A stretch of DNA of 64,000 nt, taken from the sequence record SRR31156797_3177, one strand, 5' to 3'. Under the pieces are notes generated by a model. That model was not told the DNA's origin. It ran no database searches and saw nothing but the letters and a program-made list of their open reading frames with translations. This document shows, one piece after another, positions 27,997 to 40,091 of the stretch. The first letter of the stretch is position 1. Each line of letters begins with the position of its first letter. Both the position numbers and the translations under genes were made by a program.

Positions 27997-29880
27997 TTAC
28001 TGCATCAATTGATCATTGACCCATATTTTTGCATCAGCACGAATCCTTTCCACCCAGCTGGCCACCAGACGGTTCTGCTGGTTTACCAATAACTGCTCAG
28101 TGAGCTGTGTTTTCTCGGCTTCGTCCATGGCTGTAGGGTCCTGACGACTCTCAAGGATCTCAAAAACATGAAAAGTATCATTGACAGCCACGACTTCACT
28201 GCTCAAAGTTTTGCCACTATTGAGGGAAAATGCGGCCTCTACCACCTGTGGAGGGAGTTCACCATCGCCTCCCCCTCTTTTCAGGTATCCAGACTCCTTG
28301 CTTTTACCTTCAAGTGCCAGTTTACCAGTCTCTGCAGCTTTTGCGAGTGCCTTGTCTGCTGCTGAACGGGCCAATTCTACACTTTGCTCATGCTTAAAAT
28401 CGTCAGTAACCTGGTCTTTCACATTGTCAAGGGGTGGAACCTCCGGACTTTTGATATCTTTTACATAGCCGATAGCATACCCATCTGCCACTTCAACCAA
28501 TGAACTCAGTTCACCCTTGCTCAACCCAAAGGCAACGTCCAACAGCGCACTTGCATTAACAAGAGACTCTGGCGGGAGCTTACGGGCAAAAAAGTCAGTT
28601 GTTTGAACTGTGTCTCCCCCCTGTTCAACATATTTTTCAAGACTGCCTGCAAGGATGATATCCTCATAGGCTTTAGAGACCTTTTGAAATGTAATTCCTT
28701 TTACCCGCTGCTCTTTCAAAAGCCCCTCAATGACAGCGTGAACATCTTCCAAACTTTTGGTTACCGCTGGCTGCACATCTTCGACCAAAATCAGGTGATA
28801 TCCGAAAGAAGTTTCAACAAGGTCAGATAAATCGCCAGGCTGCATTGAAAAGACAGCTGCCTCAAATGAGGGGACCATTGCGCCGCGTCCAAAAAGACCT
28901 AAATCGCCACCTGATTCTTTACTTGGCCCTTCTGAGTATTCCTTGGCAAGAGCAGCGAAATCACCACCATCTCGTAAAAGCTGAAGGACGTCCTCTGCCT
29001 TTTGTCTCTGCGTTTCCTTAACCTCTACAGAATCGGTGTCGTTCACTTTAAATAAAATATGGCGGGCCCGACGCTTTTCCTTCACAGTATAACTGTCTAT
29101 ATTATCATTGTAAAAATTCGTTATTTGCTCTTCATCAAGGCTGACCTTGTCCATATCAGCAGCAAAAGGGAAGTAGAGGTACTGCAGCTCAATTTGAGGA
29201 TCAGTTACATAGTCCTGTTGCTTTTTTTCGTACCAGGATTCCAACTGATCGGCTTCCACCGTCACCTCTTCTAGAAAGTCACTGGCTTTAAAACTCTGAT
29301 AAACGAGCTTTAGTTCTGTCTTGGCAAAATCGATCCAGGCCTGCACGGCTGCAGGCGGGACGTCCGCAAAAGAGCCGATTAGTTCGACAATTCTTCCTGT
29401 GATCAAATCACTCTGCAAACCTGCTTCAAAGGAGGTGGGGGTCAAGCGATTTTGGCTCAAGACATCTTTGTATCTGCTCATTAAAAATTGGCCGTTGTCC
29501 TGAAAAACGGGCATTTCCTGAATACGACGCTGTGTTTCTTCCCGACTGACTACGAGGCCTATCTTACCCGCACTCTGTCGCAGCAATTCGGACTGAATAA
29601 GTTGATTAATCACCTGATCTTTCAAGCCTATTCCATCGAAAAAGCCATCAGGTACTTGACCACCTAGCTGCTGCCTATAGGTGTCTACAGCTCGATCATA
29701 ACTTTGCTGAAACTCCTGAAAAGGTATTTCTATATCATTGACAACCGCTGCTGCATTCCGATTATTATCAAGGTTGCTCCCCACACCCCAAAAAATAAAG
29801 ACTACAGCAATCAATAGCACTAGAGCCTGAATGACAACAGACTGAGCTCTTTTTCGCAAAATTTTCAACATGATACACAC
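27997..29880 (-). CDS. ppiD: PpiD-like membrane-anchored chaperone/PPIase
   Basis: N-terminal TM (FIFWG), SurA_N domain, RARHIL, FAALAKEYS, GGDLG, GYHLI. Confidence 0.88.
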   Translation of the reverse strand: MCIMLKILRKRAQSVVIQALVLLIAVVFIFWGVGSNLDNNRNAAAVVNDIEIPFQEFQQSYDRAVDTYRQQLGGQVPDGFFDGIGLKDQVINQLIQSELLRQSAGKIGLVVSREETQRRIQEMPVFQDNGQFLMSRYKDVLSQNRLTPTSFEAGLQSDLITGRIVELIGSFADVPPAAVQAWIDFAKTELKLVYQSFKASDFLEEVTVEADQLESWYEKKQQDYVTDPQIELQYLYFPFAADMDKVSLDEEQITNFYNDNIDSYTVKEKRRARHILFKVNDTDSVEVKETQRQKAEDVLQLLRDGGDFAALAKEYSEGPSKESGGDLGLFGRGAMVPSFEAAVFSMQPGDLSDLVETSFGYHLILVEDVQPAVTKSLEDVHAVIEGLLKEQRVKGITFQKVSKAYEDIILAGSLEKYVEQGGDTVQTTDFFARKLPPESLVNASALLDVAFGLSKGELSSLVEVADGYAIGYVKDIKSPEVPPLDNVKDQVTDDFKHEQSVELARSAADKALAKAAETGKLALEGKSKESGYLKRGGGDGELPPQVVEAAFSLNSGKTLSSEVVAVNDTFHVFEILESRQDPTAMDEAEKTQLTEQLLVNQQNRLVASWVERIRADAKIWVNDQLMQ

Positions 29881-30027
29881 ACTCCTTCAACAAAACGGAC
29901 ATTGGGTTATTTCCTGGGGAAAGGGCCCATTATGTTCAATTTTCCTGTAACTTACCAGTGAAAAATGCACTCCAACCCACTAACTAAAAATGATTGACTG
30001 TTCACTCAAAAAAACAAAGACGTTTGC

Positions 30028-30056
30028 TTGACAAACACACCCCCCTATAGTAAGAA
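30028..30056 (+). promoter_or_regulatory. Candidate sigma-70 promoter of dsrC
   Basis: Perfect TTGACA; TAAGAA at 17-nt spacing (weak -10). Confidence 0.4.
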
Positions 30057-30122
30057 ATTGGTGATTTTTACAATTAGGATTCAACTTCTCATTCATTAAT
30101 CACATATTCCAGGAGGAACACA

Positions 30123-30443
30123 ATGGCACAAATTGAACACAATGGCACAACTTACGAGGTAGATGAAGACGGCTTCCTGTTGAAAGGCGCTGACGACTGG
30201 GATGAAAACTGGTTAGACTACGTAAAAGGCGTAGAAGGTATTGCGGAAGTTACTGATGAGCACCAGAAAGTAATCGATGCTCTTCAAGAGTACTACAAGA
30301 AGAACGGTATCGCACCTATGGTTCGTATCCTTTCCAAAACCACCGGTTTTCCTCTGAAGAGAATTTACGAACTGTTCCCTTCAGGACCTGGTAAAGGTGC
30401 TTGTAAAATGGCAGGCCTTCCTAAGCCTACCGGTTGTGTATGA
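30123..30443 (+). CDS. dsrC: Dissimilatory sulfite reductase co-substrate protein DsrC
   Basis: VDEDGFL, GIAPMVR, ELFPSGPGKGACKMAGLPKPTGCV with both C-terminal Cys (Cx10C); SD AGGAGG. Confidence 0.96.
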   Translation: MAQIEHNGTTYEVDEDGFLLKGADDWDENWLDYVKGVEGIAEVTDEHQKVIDALQEYYKKNGIAPMVRILSKTTGFPLKRIYELFPSGPGKGACKMAGLPKPTGCV

Positions 30444-30473
30444 TATAGATTTGCTATAGCATATCGCAGTTAC

Positions 30474-30511
30474 AAAAAAGGGGTTGCTTTATTAAAGCAA
30501 CCCCTTTTTTT
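30474..30511. terminator. Bidirectional intrinsic terminator after dsrC
   Basis: A6-ggggttgcttt-att-aaagcaacccc-T7. Confidence 0.9.
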
Positions 30512-30540
30512 ATTGCATACAGTGGAAAGTGACACGCAGC

Positions 30541-30795
30541 TTAAAAGGACATTTCTAAAAAATGTGCGTGATACTGGGTCAGATCCTCCCCGCACTTACC
30601 ACAAAGAAACTTCACGGCCCCAAAGATCTCGGTATCATTTTCTTCAGGGGTAAAAGAACCGTCACTATTTTGTTTATAGCGGGTTGTAACGAGAACGTTC
30701 TCAGCTATCTCGACAAAATCACTTTTATTGCCGCAGGCGTTACAAACAACCCTTCCAGCTGGCTCCCCCCCTGGGATCTGCACTTTTTTCATCAT
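30541..30795 (-). CDS. Small hypothetical protein with two CxxC motifs
   Basis: CNACGN...CGKCG; ends next to the bidirectional terminator. Confidence 0.7.
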   Translation of the reverse strand: MMKKVQIPGGEPAGRVVCNACGNKSDFVEIAENVLVTTRYKQNSDGSFTPEENDTEIFGAVKFLCGKCGEDLTQYHAHFLEMSF

Positions 30796-30990
30796 ATCAT
30801 TTCACTTTTATGGGTTACAGACTATGTCCGCATCACTACATAATAACGTTAATCATAAAAAACTACTATTCCAATACTAACGCGTTCCTAAGAAACCTTT
30901 TAATTACTCAGAGATGGTCACTTTAAATAAAAAATAGCCAACCGTAGAAAGCAAATCTCTGGGGAACAGCTAAGAACACACTCACCTCTA

Positions 30991-33203
<2,213 letters not shown>

Positions 33204-33443
33204 GATCTGCTCCTACAATACAATTCATAGAAAACAAGATGGCCTTTTTCCACCTTGAAATTACCCGTAATTCATATCAAAATTTTACTTTTACGTCGAT
33301 CAGGTTATGATAAAGGGTGCATAATTATCTTTTTTTATCTCTTCTTGTTATTTTAACAATATGATTTTGCACCGCTCCCATATGCTCATCGAACCTGCAT
33401 TCAACTAATTTGTACTGTTACTCCATATACAGGGAACCAGGAA

Positions 33444-34898
33444 ATGGTGCTAAAAAAAATACCGGAAAAGCAACGACTCATTTTTTTAATTGGCATGCTT
33501 TTGGTGATTGGTTTTACCGTAACGAGCTTAATCAGCTATTTCACAGCAATTCGTACACTCAAAACGGATATGACAGAAAATATCCTACCGCTCACCAGCG
33601 ACAATATTTACTCTGAAATTCAAAAAGATCTGGTACGGCCTGCCTTTATCGCCTCAATGATGGCATCAGATACATTCCTTAGAGACTGGGTACTTAACGG
33701 TGAGCAAGCTAGCGAACAAATCATAAAATACCTTTTAGAAATCAAAGAGAAATATGGATTGGTTAGCAGTTTTTTTGTCTCTGAATCCACCCGAACCTAT
33801 TATTACGAAGGAGGAGTACTTAAAACAGTTAATTCACAAGACCATCGCGATCGTTGGTACTTCAGGGTGCGCAACATGCAACGCCCATACGAAATCAACG
33901 TCGATCCAGACATGGCCCATCGTGACAAACTCACCATTTTCATCAATTACCGAGTTGTAGATTATAATGGCAACTATATAGGAGCCGCAGGTTGCGGCCT
34001 CACTGTGACAACTGTTCAATCTTTGCTTGACAGTTATGCTGATCGCTATCAACGAACTATTTATTTTGTCAACAAACAGGGACAAGTGACCTTAGCTGGG
34101 CCCCATACGCCTCCTCCCTTTACCACGCTGCCGCAAACCATTTTATCCCAGAACGTTACCGGTTATAAAGACAGGCCAGCGACCACGGCCCTCTCGTACA
34201 AACGAAACCTCCAAACCTACCTGCTCAATACCCGCTTTATACCAGAACTAGGGTGGTATCTTTTTGTTGAACAATCGATTCACGAGCAGATAGGACAAAT
34301 GCGTAAATCCCTTCTCAAGAACCTTGGCGTTAGCCTGTTTATATCTATCCTTGTCCTTTTTGCTATTTCCTCAACCATCAATCTCTACCAAAAGAAATTG
34401 GAATCGATGGCCACCACGGACAAATTAACCCAACTTCTTAACCGTCATGCTTTTGAAATTCTTTTTGACCAGGCTGTACACGAAGCCGAGCGTTCACTGC
34501 AAACGATAACAGCTATCCTCTTTGACATTGACAGATTTAAAAGAATTAATGACAAATATGGACACCCAGCCGGAGATGCGGTTTTAGTAAGCGTTGCTGC
34601 CACTGCCTCGGAGGCTATTCGTAAATCAGACCGCATTTGCAGATGGGGAGGTGAAGAATTTCTGCTTCTACTTAAAAACTGTTCCTTAGAACAAGGGGAA
34701 TCGCTGGCAGAAAAGATCAGACAATCTATTGCAGAAACCACTCTCTATTACGAAGGGAAAGCTATCCGCGTAGAGGTAAGCCTTGGTATTGCACAATGGC
34801 ACAAAGGGGAAAGCCAGGAGGATTTACTACACAGAATTGACCAGGCACTTTACCTGGCAAAAGAAAAAGGAAGGAATCGATGCGAGTACGCTGCCTAA
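33444..34898 (+). CDS. Cache-sensor diguanylate cyclase
   Basis: Two TM helices flanking a periplasmic domain (RDRWY); DKLTQLLNR, DIDRFK, GHPAGD, RxxD I-site (RKSD), GGEEF. Confidence 0.92.
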   Translation: MVLKKIPEKQRLIFLIGMLLVIGFTVTSLISYFTAIRTLKTDMTENILPLTSDNIYSEIQKDLVRPAFIASMMASDTFLRDWVLNGEQASEQIIKYLLEIKEKYGLVSSFFVSESTRTYYYEGGVLKTVNSQDHRDRWYFRVRNMQRPYEINVDPDMAHRDKLTIFINYRVVDYNGNYIGAAGCGLTVTTVQSLLDSYADRYQRTIYFVNKQGQVTLAGPHTPPPFTTLPQTILSQNVTGYKDRPATTALSYKRNLQTYLLNTRFIPELGWYLFVEQSIHEQIGQMRKSLLKNLGVSLFISILVLFAISSTINLYQKKLESMATTDKLTQLLNRHAFEILFDQAVHEAERSLQTITAILFDIDRFKRINDKYGHPAGDAVLVSVAATASEAIRKSDRICRWGGEEFLLLLKNCSLEQGESLAEKIRQSIAETTLYYEGKAIRVEVSLGIAQWHKGESQEDLLHRIDQALYLAKEKGRNRCEYAA

Positions 34899-34924
34899 CG
34901 GACTACTTACCAGCGTAAACACGA

Positions 34925-34953
34925 CCAGCCCCCTGCAGAGTGCAGGGGGCTGG
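34925..34953. terminator. 13-bp perfect GC-rich hairpin between convergent genes
   Basis: ccagccccctgca-gag-tgcagggggctgg; no clear U run. Confidence 0.65.
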
Positions 34954-34971
34954 GTCTTGCAATAAGCGTTA

Positions 34972-35346
34972 TTAGTATCCGCTGCCAACTATAAGATCAT
35001 TTTTTGTCTTTTTAGCATAGGTATTCTTTTCTTTCCCCTTCCATTCATACTGCAACCACACGCCCTCGGCGGTAGCTGCTTGCAATGCTTCGTAAATTGG
35101 CATTGCCTTTACTTTCAAATCTTGTCCGGCAAGGGTGGGATGAACTATGAGATTACCGTCTTTTTCCATAATAAAAGCATAGGGGGTGTATGCATCTGCA
35201 GCAAAACTGGAAGCTTCTTTTCCACCGTCTATTGCAGCTACAACCTCATCAACATTCTTGCTGATGGCAGCCTTGTCACCAGCGAGCACCTGAGTAGAAA
35301 AGCAGGTGATTGCTACCATTGCCAACACGAAAAACAGACGTTTCAT
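34972..35346 (-). CDS. Exported stand-alone single-Cache-like protein (124 aa)
   Basis: Start at ATG 35346 (SD GGAG); signal peptide MKRLFF...VLA; YAFIMEKDGNLIVHP..AG, WLQYEW...KNTY...IVGSGY. Confidence 0.75.
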   Translation of the reverse strand: MKRLFFVLAMVAITCFSTQVLAGDKAAISKNVDEVVAAIDGGKEASSFAADAYTPYAFIMEKDGNLIVHPTLAGQDLKVKAMPIYEALQAATAEGVWLQYEWKGKEKNTYAKKTKNDLIVGSGY

Positions 35347-35461
35347 ATTCTTCTCCAAAATGTAATGATATTTGGTTTTTGTCCAACACAAAAACCACTC
35401 TTGAGGCAACTTCACATTGGGCAAAATCCCATTACCCTGTATATTGCCTTTGCTTTTAAAT

Positions 35462-35477
35462 AGCAAAGTTTGCGCCA
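35462..35477 (-). promoter_or_regulatory. Sigma-54 (-24/-12) promoter
   Basis: Minus strand TGGCGC-AAACT-TTGCT; GG and GC at canonical spacing; about 115 nt upstream of ATG 35346. Confidence 0.7.
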
Positions 35478-36050
35478 AAAGTTACACAAACTCGAAAAAC
35501 ACAACTAACGCACTGTTTTTAAGGGTTAATACAGTTTACCTTTACTTTCCAACATCCATTGTAACTTTCAAAAACACTAACCTTCTCTTTTTTTGTCGCA
35601 AAAAAGATACTCCTCTACCCCCTCTTCTCCAGCTCCCCCGCTGAAACCCTTTATGCCCAACAAGAACTACGCACAAACCTGTGTCGCCCAAAAGAGACAT
35701 AGCTGTTTATTTCTTAAACCAACCACCTATCTCATCTACACTGGCATGAATATATTCTTTTAACTGCACGTCACGCGAAAACAACGTCACGCCATCTCCA
35801 CGATGAGTAGTAACTTTTACAAACAACCCTTTGGGGGGCAATGTCGCCCGCAGCACAACTCATCCTATTAAAAACCCTACACAAAAAAAAGACACAGAAT
35901 AACATTTACCATTTTTTTCATATTCATAATTACCTCCCCTGTGGTAAACAGAGCTGGCATCTTTGGCGAGGTAATCCTTTTAGCTCCCTAAGAGTTCAAA
36001 GCACTTTTCTTTTAACACCAACATCAGTGATTTCTGAAAAACCATAGAAT

Positions 36051-36773
36051 ATGCAGCAAGACAATCTCTTTACCAATGGAAAAATCGAAGAAGATTTCAC
36101 CTTTAACCAAAACGTGGCCGATGTATTTGACGATATGGTCAACCGGTCCATCCCGTTTTATGAAGTGGTCATTGATGCCATTGCCGATCTGCTTGAGCTA
36201 CGTTTAACAGACGGCGATACCATCGTTGATCTTGGGTGCGCAACCGGTTCAACCCTGATTGGGCTCAGCAGGAGGCTTGAGGATAAATCTATCAACTACA
36301 TTGGTATTGACAATGCCGATGCCATGCTTGATAAAGCACGCAGAAAATGCAAACTCTTTTCAAAAGGTGATATCATTTCATTTATAACCGATGATATCGC
36401 AACCTGTGATCTTTCCCCGGCCAAGGTTATACTCTGCAACTACACCCTGCAGTTTCTTCGACCAATGACCAGGCAGACATTTCTGGATCGCCTCTACCAG
36501 AGTCTCCCACAAGGCGGTATCCTTATTATAAGTGAAAAGACCATTTCCCACGCCAAGCAACTTAACCGTGATTTCATCACTATCTACCATCAATTTAAAA
36601 AAACACAGGGATACTCGGAACTGGAAATTGCAAACAAAAGAGAAGCCCTTGAAAATGTCCTGATTCCATTTTCATTCCAGGAAAACCTGCAGATGCTAAA
36701 ACGAGCAGGGTTTACAGAAATCGAAATCTTTTTCAAATGGTTTAACTTCAGTTCTTTTATCGCCATAAAATAA
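36051..36773 (+). CDS. cmoA: Carboxy-S-adenosyl-L-methionine synthase
   Basis: VADVFDDMVNRSIPFY, DLGCATG, NYTLQF, GYSELEIANKREALENV. Confidence 0.93.
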   Translation: MQQDNLFTNGKIEEDFTFNQNVADVFDDMVNRSIPFYEVVIDAIADLLELRLTDGDTIVDLGCATGSTLIGLSRRLEDKSINYIGIDNADAMLDKARRKCKLFSKGDIISFITDDIATCDLSPAKVILCNYTLQFLRPMTRQTFLDRLYQSLPQGGILIISEKTISHAKQLNRDFITIYHQFKKTQGYSELEIANKREALENVLIPFSFQENLQMLKRAGFTEIEIFFKWFNFSSFIAIK

Positions 36774-36777
36774 TACA

Positions 36778-37734
36778 ATGCCTGACTATTCGCTCATTTT
36801 CCCAAACGCTGACAGCGCAAAACTGCATGCGCTTCTCAAGGATAAGCAAAATTGGCTCGCCCAACCGAAAAAGGGTTTTCTTCGCTACCAGGAACCACTC
36901 AAAAAAGTGGAACACCTCCGGGCATCAAACTGCAACTTTGCAGATAATGTCGTGACTATTGGTACCTCAACAGACCTCACATCAGACGAGTCCCTTTTAG
37001 TATCCAATACCCTGCATAACCTCATGCCATGGCGCAAAGGTCCATTTTCCATTTTCGGTCTCGATATAGATGCAGAATGGCGGAGCGAAAAAAAATGGAA
37101 TAGAATTGCCCCCCAGCTTCCAGATCTTCAGGGGAAGGTCATTGCCGACATAGGCTGCAACAACGGCTACTACATGTTTCGCATGGCAGAGTACAACCCT
37201 AGCTTTGTATTGGGATTTGAACCCTACGTCCACCACTACTACACCTTCCACACTCTCAACACTTTTGCCAATCAAGACAATCTCAACGTCGAGTTACTTG
37301 GTATAGAGCACCTCCCCTTCTTCACTGATAGTTTTGATGTTATTTTCTGCCTCGGCATTCTTTATCACCGGCACTCACCTATTGTATCACTGCAAGATAT
37401 GCACAACTCCCTGAACAAAGGAGGCACGCTGATGATAGAATCCCAAGCTATCCCTGGCGATGATTCCATAGCACTCTTTCCTGAAAAAACATATGCCAAG
37501 GTCCCTGGCACCTGGTTTGTACCCACAGCTGCCTGCCTAAACAACTGGCTGCAGAGGACAGGCTTTAAAGACATCAATCTTTTTTGTCAACACGCCATGA
37601 GCCCTCTTGAACAGCGTAGAACCAAATGGATGACATTTGAATCATACGAAGATTTTATTGACAAGCAGAACCCTGCGCTTACTATAGAGGGGTATCCAGC
37701 TCCGCACAGAGTTTTTTTTAAAGCAACAAAATAA
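36778..37734 (+). CDS. cmoB: tRNA U34 carboxymethyltransferase
   Basis: LMPWRKGPF, IDAEWRS, DIGCNNGYY, GILYHR, TIEGYPAP. Confidence 0.93.
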   Translation: MPDYSLIFPNADSAKLHALLKDKQNWLAQPKKGFLRYQEPLKKVEHLRASNCNFADNVVTIGTSTDLTSDESLLVSNTLHNLMPWRKGPFSIFGLDIDAEWRSEKKWNRIAPQLPDLQGKVIADIGCNNGYYMFRMAEYNPSFVLGFEPYVHHYYTFHTLNTFANQDNLNVELLGIEHLPFFTDSFDVIFCLGILYHRHSPIVSLQDMHNSLNKGGTLMIESQAIPGDDSIALFPEKTYAKVPGTWFVPTAACLNNWLQRTGFKDINLFCQHAMSPLEQRRTKWMTFESYEDFIDKQNPALTIEGYPAPHRVFFKATK

Positions 37735-37815
37735 ACAGTTAGCTGTCCTTGGCTGCAATTCACGCATGCAGTCAATAAAATATTATTTAGACAATGACTC
37801 ATATCAAGGTGACAA

Positions 37816-38367
37816 ATGATGAACGCAAATGAGTGTACACTCTACCACGGCGGCCTGAAGGGCGCAGAATCTGCCTTTGGAGAACAATCTGAAAAATACG
37901 GTACAAGTGAGGTGATTTTCACCTTTGAAGGACATCGCCTCAATCGAGACCGCAATACAGAACTCTTAACGGAAGAAGATCTCCAGCGCGGCAACATCAG
38001 CATGGAAATTGCGTCCAGAATGATGAACCGCACATACTACGAAACTGAGAAAATTCGCAAAGTCTTGCAAGTCATCTTCCACATGGTTAACAAGGGACAC
38101 CAAGTATTTGTAGTGGGCACTATCTTAGAAGATAACTCTGTCAAAGGCGGTACAGGGTGGGCTGTTGAACTAGCAAAACTTTTTAACCGACCTTTGCATG
38201 TGTACGATCAAGATAAAAAACAATGGTTTACGTGGCAAGAGAGTTCGTGGCAGGAAGACACTCCCACCATCGTCTACAATACCTTTGTTGGTTCAGGAAC
38301 CCGATATCTTAGCGATGACGGACGGGCAGCCATTGAAAAGCTATTTGCTGATTCTTATGGAGGCTAA
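37816..38367 (+). CDS. Hypothetical protein, possibly SLOG-like nucleotide-binding fold
   Basis: HGGLKGAESAFG and GGTGWAVELAK glycine-rich motifs. Confidence 0.65.
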   Translation: MMNANECTLYHGGLKGAESAFGEQSEKYGTSEVIFTFEGHRLNRDRNTELLTEEDLQRGNISMEIASRMMNRTYYETEKIRKVLQVIFHMVNKGHQVFVVGTILEDNSVKGGTGWAVELAKLFNRPLHVYDQDKKQWFTWQESSWQEDTPTIVYNTFVGSGTRYLSDDGRAAIEKLFADSYGG

Positions 38368-38654
38368 TCTACCTTCATTCCTACTTCCAAAGGTCAATCC
38401 TGCCCCTCTTGCCAGCCGTTTAATACTCTTTAACAAGAGGGGTGGAAAACACCTTCCCCTGCGCCTTTATCTTGCATTTCCCCATTTCTCCGTGTATACG
38501 GATCATCAAAGATACCCAGCTCATTTGGACTTAATATCATAAGGTGATGGTGAAAGCCTCTGTTTCTTTGGGGCCCCGCCTTTTTTTCCTTTTATCGCCA
38601 ACACCGCTGCAGCTTAAAGGTACATACGTTTGTACAATGTAACAAAGCATCACT

Positions 38655-39584
38655 ATGCACAAAAACATTATGCAAAATAAGAAACATCATATCCTCATTA
38701 CTGGAGAAAGCGGCCAGGGCCGTGCCTATGTTATTTCACACAAGACATGCCGCAATGCCATCGTCGGGTCTGTAGTAAGTGTACTCTTGCTCAGCTTTGG
38801 CTGCGCCCTCAGCGTGTGCTTTTTCTCATCAAACAGCACCCTTAAAAACCAGGTTGCCGCTCTCCGTGCTGAAAACATAACAAATACAGAATTAGAAGCC
38901 CAACTTGCCTCCACATCCTCTCAGCTTGAGAAATACCGGCAACAAATTTCTATTCTGAAACAGCAACAGGAAAACCAGCTTGAAAAAAGTGTAAGCCGCC
39001 TGGATGAGCGTTCTAAAATCATAGAATCTATCATGGACACCATTGGGGTGGAGGTCATAGTAGAAGAAGATCCGAAACACAGTGGCGGCCCGTTCATCTC
39101 TTCCGATGATTATTCTTATGGGCAGAAGCTGCTCCTCAACACAGATAAATATCTCAACGTTCTAGAAAAAACCCCCTTAGGCCGTCCACTGCCCACAAGA
39201 ATCAGTTCTAAATTCGGCCGGAGAAAAGATCCTCTCAACAAAAAGAATGCCTTTCATGAAGGATTGGATTTCAAAGGCAACACCGGCGACAGAATACGAG
39301 CAACGGGCGCAGGAACTGTCAAAACATCGACCTATTCAAGAGGATGGGGCAATTATATTGTCATAGACCACCATAATGGTTACAAAACCCTCTTCGCACA
39401 TTTAAGCAAAAGATTAGTTAAAAAGAACGAGAATGTTGCCCGTGGAAAAGTGATAGGACACGTTGGTAACAGCGGCCGAAGCACAGGGTCCCATCTGCAT
39501 TATGAAATACACCTTCATGGCAAACCGATAGACCCCATGAAATATATACAAATAGCCAACTTATCCATAAAAATTAAAAACTAA
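38655..39584 (+). CDS. M23-family peptidoglycan endopeptidase
   Basis: TM helix, coiled coil, HEGLD (HxxxD), GRSTGSHLHYE (HxH). Confidence 0.92.
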   Translation: MHKNIMQNKKHHILITGESGQGRAYVISHKTCRNAIVGSVVSVLLLSFGCALSVCFFSSNSTLKNQVAALRAENITNTELEAQLASTSSQLEKYRQQISILKQQQENQLEKSVSRLDERSKIIESIMDTIGVEVIVEEDPKHSGGPFISSDDYSYGQKLLLNTDKYLNVLEKTPLGRPLPTRISSKFGRRKDPLNKKNAFHEGLDFKGNTGDRIRATGAGTVKTSTYSRGWGNYIVIDHHNGYKTLFAHLSKRLVKKNENVARGKVIGHVGNSGRSTGSHLHYEIHLHGKPIDPMKYIQIANLSIKIKN

Positions 39585-39599
39585 TTTCCCAAACAAAAT

Positions 39600-40061
39600 A
39601 TGGCTTTATTTAAAAGCAAAGAGACTAACCTGCCACAAGACACTAAAAAACCAGCTAAAAAGGCTATAGGCAAGGACGTAATCTCCTCAATTATATCCCA
39701 GGAAATGGAGATTAACGGCGAAATTTCTTTTTCTGGTAAGGCAAGAATAGACGGTATTTTGGAAGGCAACCTCACAGGTGAATATCTTATTCTCAGTGAA
39801 TTAGGTAAGATAAAAGGAGATTTGCAGGTTGAATCTCTAGTCTGTCATGGTCAGATCGAAGGAAATATTTACGCAAAGGTGGTTACCATTCACGCGACCG
39901 CAGCAATCAAAGGCAAACTGATTGCAGAGAGCCTGACGGTTGAACCAGGTGCCTTAGTCAGCGGTGAGATCAGTGCGGCCGATAAAGGGAAACTGACGAC
40001 GAGTAGTCCTGAAAAGACGCTGCCTAAAACTACAACAGCAAACAAAAATAAAAAAGAGTAA
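39600..40061 (+). CDS. Bactofilin (polymer-forming cytoskeletal protein)
   Basis: SIISQEMEINGEI...RIDG..EGNL...GKIKGDL beta-helix repeats. Confidence 0.9.
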   Translation: MALFKSKETNLPQDTKKPAKKAIGKDVISSIISQEMEINGEISFSGKARIDGILEGNLTGEYLILSELGKIKGDLQVESLVCHGQIEGNIYAKVVTIHATAAIKGKLIAESLTVEPGALVSGEISAADKGKLTTSSPEKTLPKTTTANKNKKE

Positions 40062-40091
40062 CCGAAGTAAGTATTTTGAACAAAAAACGCC

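Noticed and set aside
30056..30075. Rex-like operator at the dsrC promoter (aattggtgatttttacaatt)
   Set aside because: Spacing is shorter than the TTGTGAA-N4-TTCACAA consensus and the match is poor
38541..38590. Fluoride-riboswitch-like start (ggtgatggtg) with a downstream T run, before the M23 gene
   Set aside because: Lacks the complementary stem and pseudoknot, and the downstream gene is unrelated to fluoride
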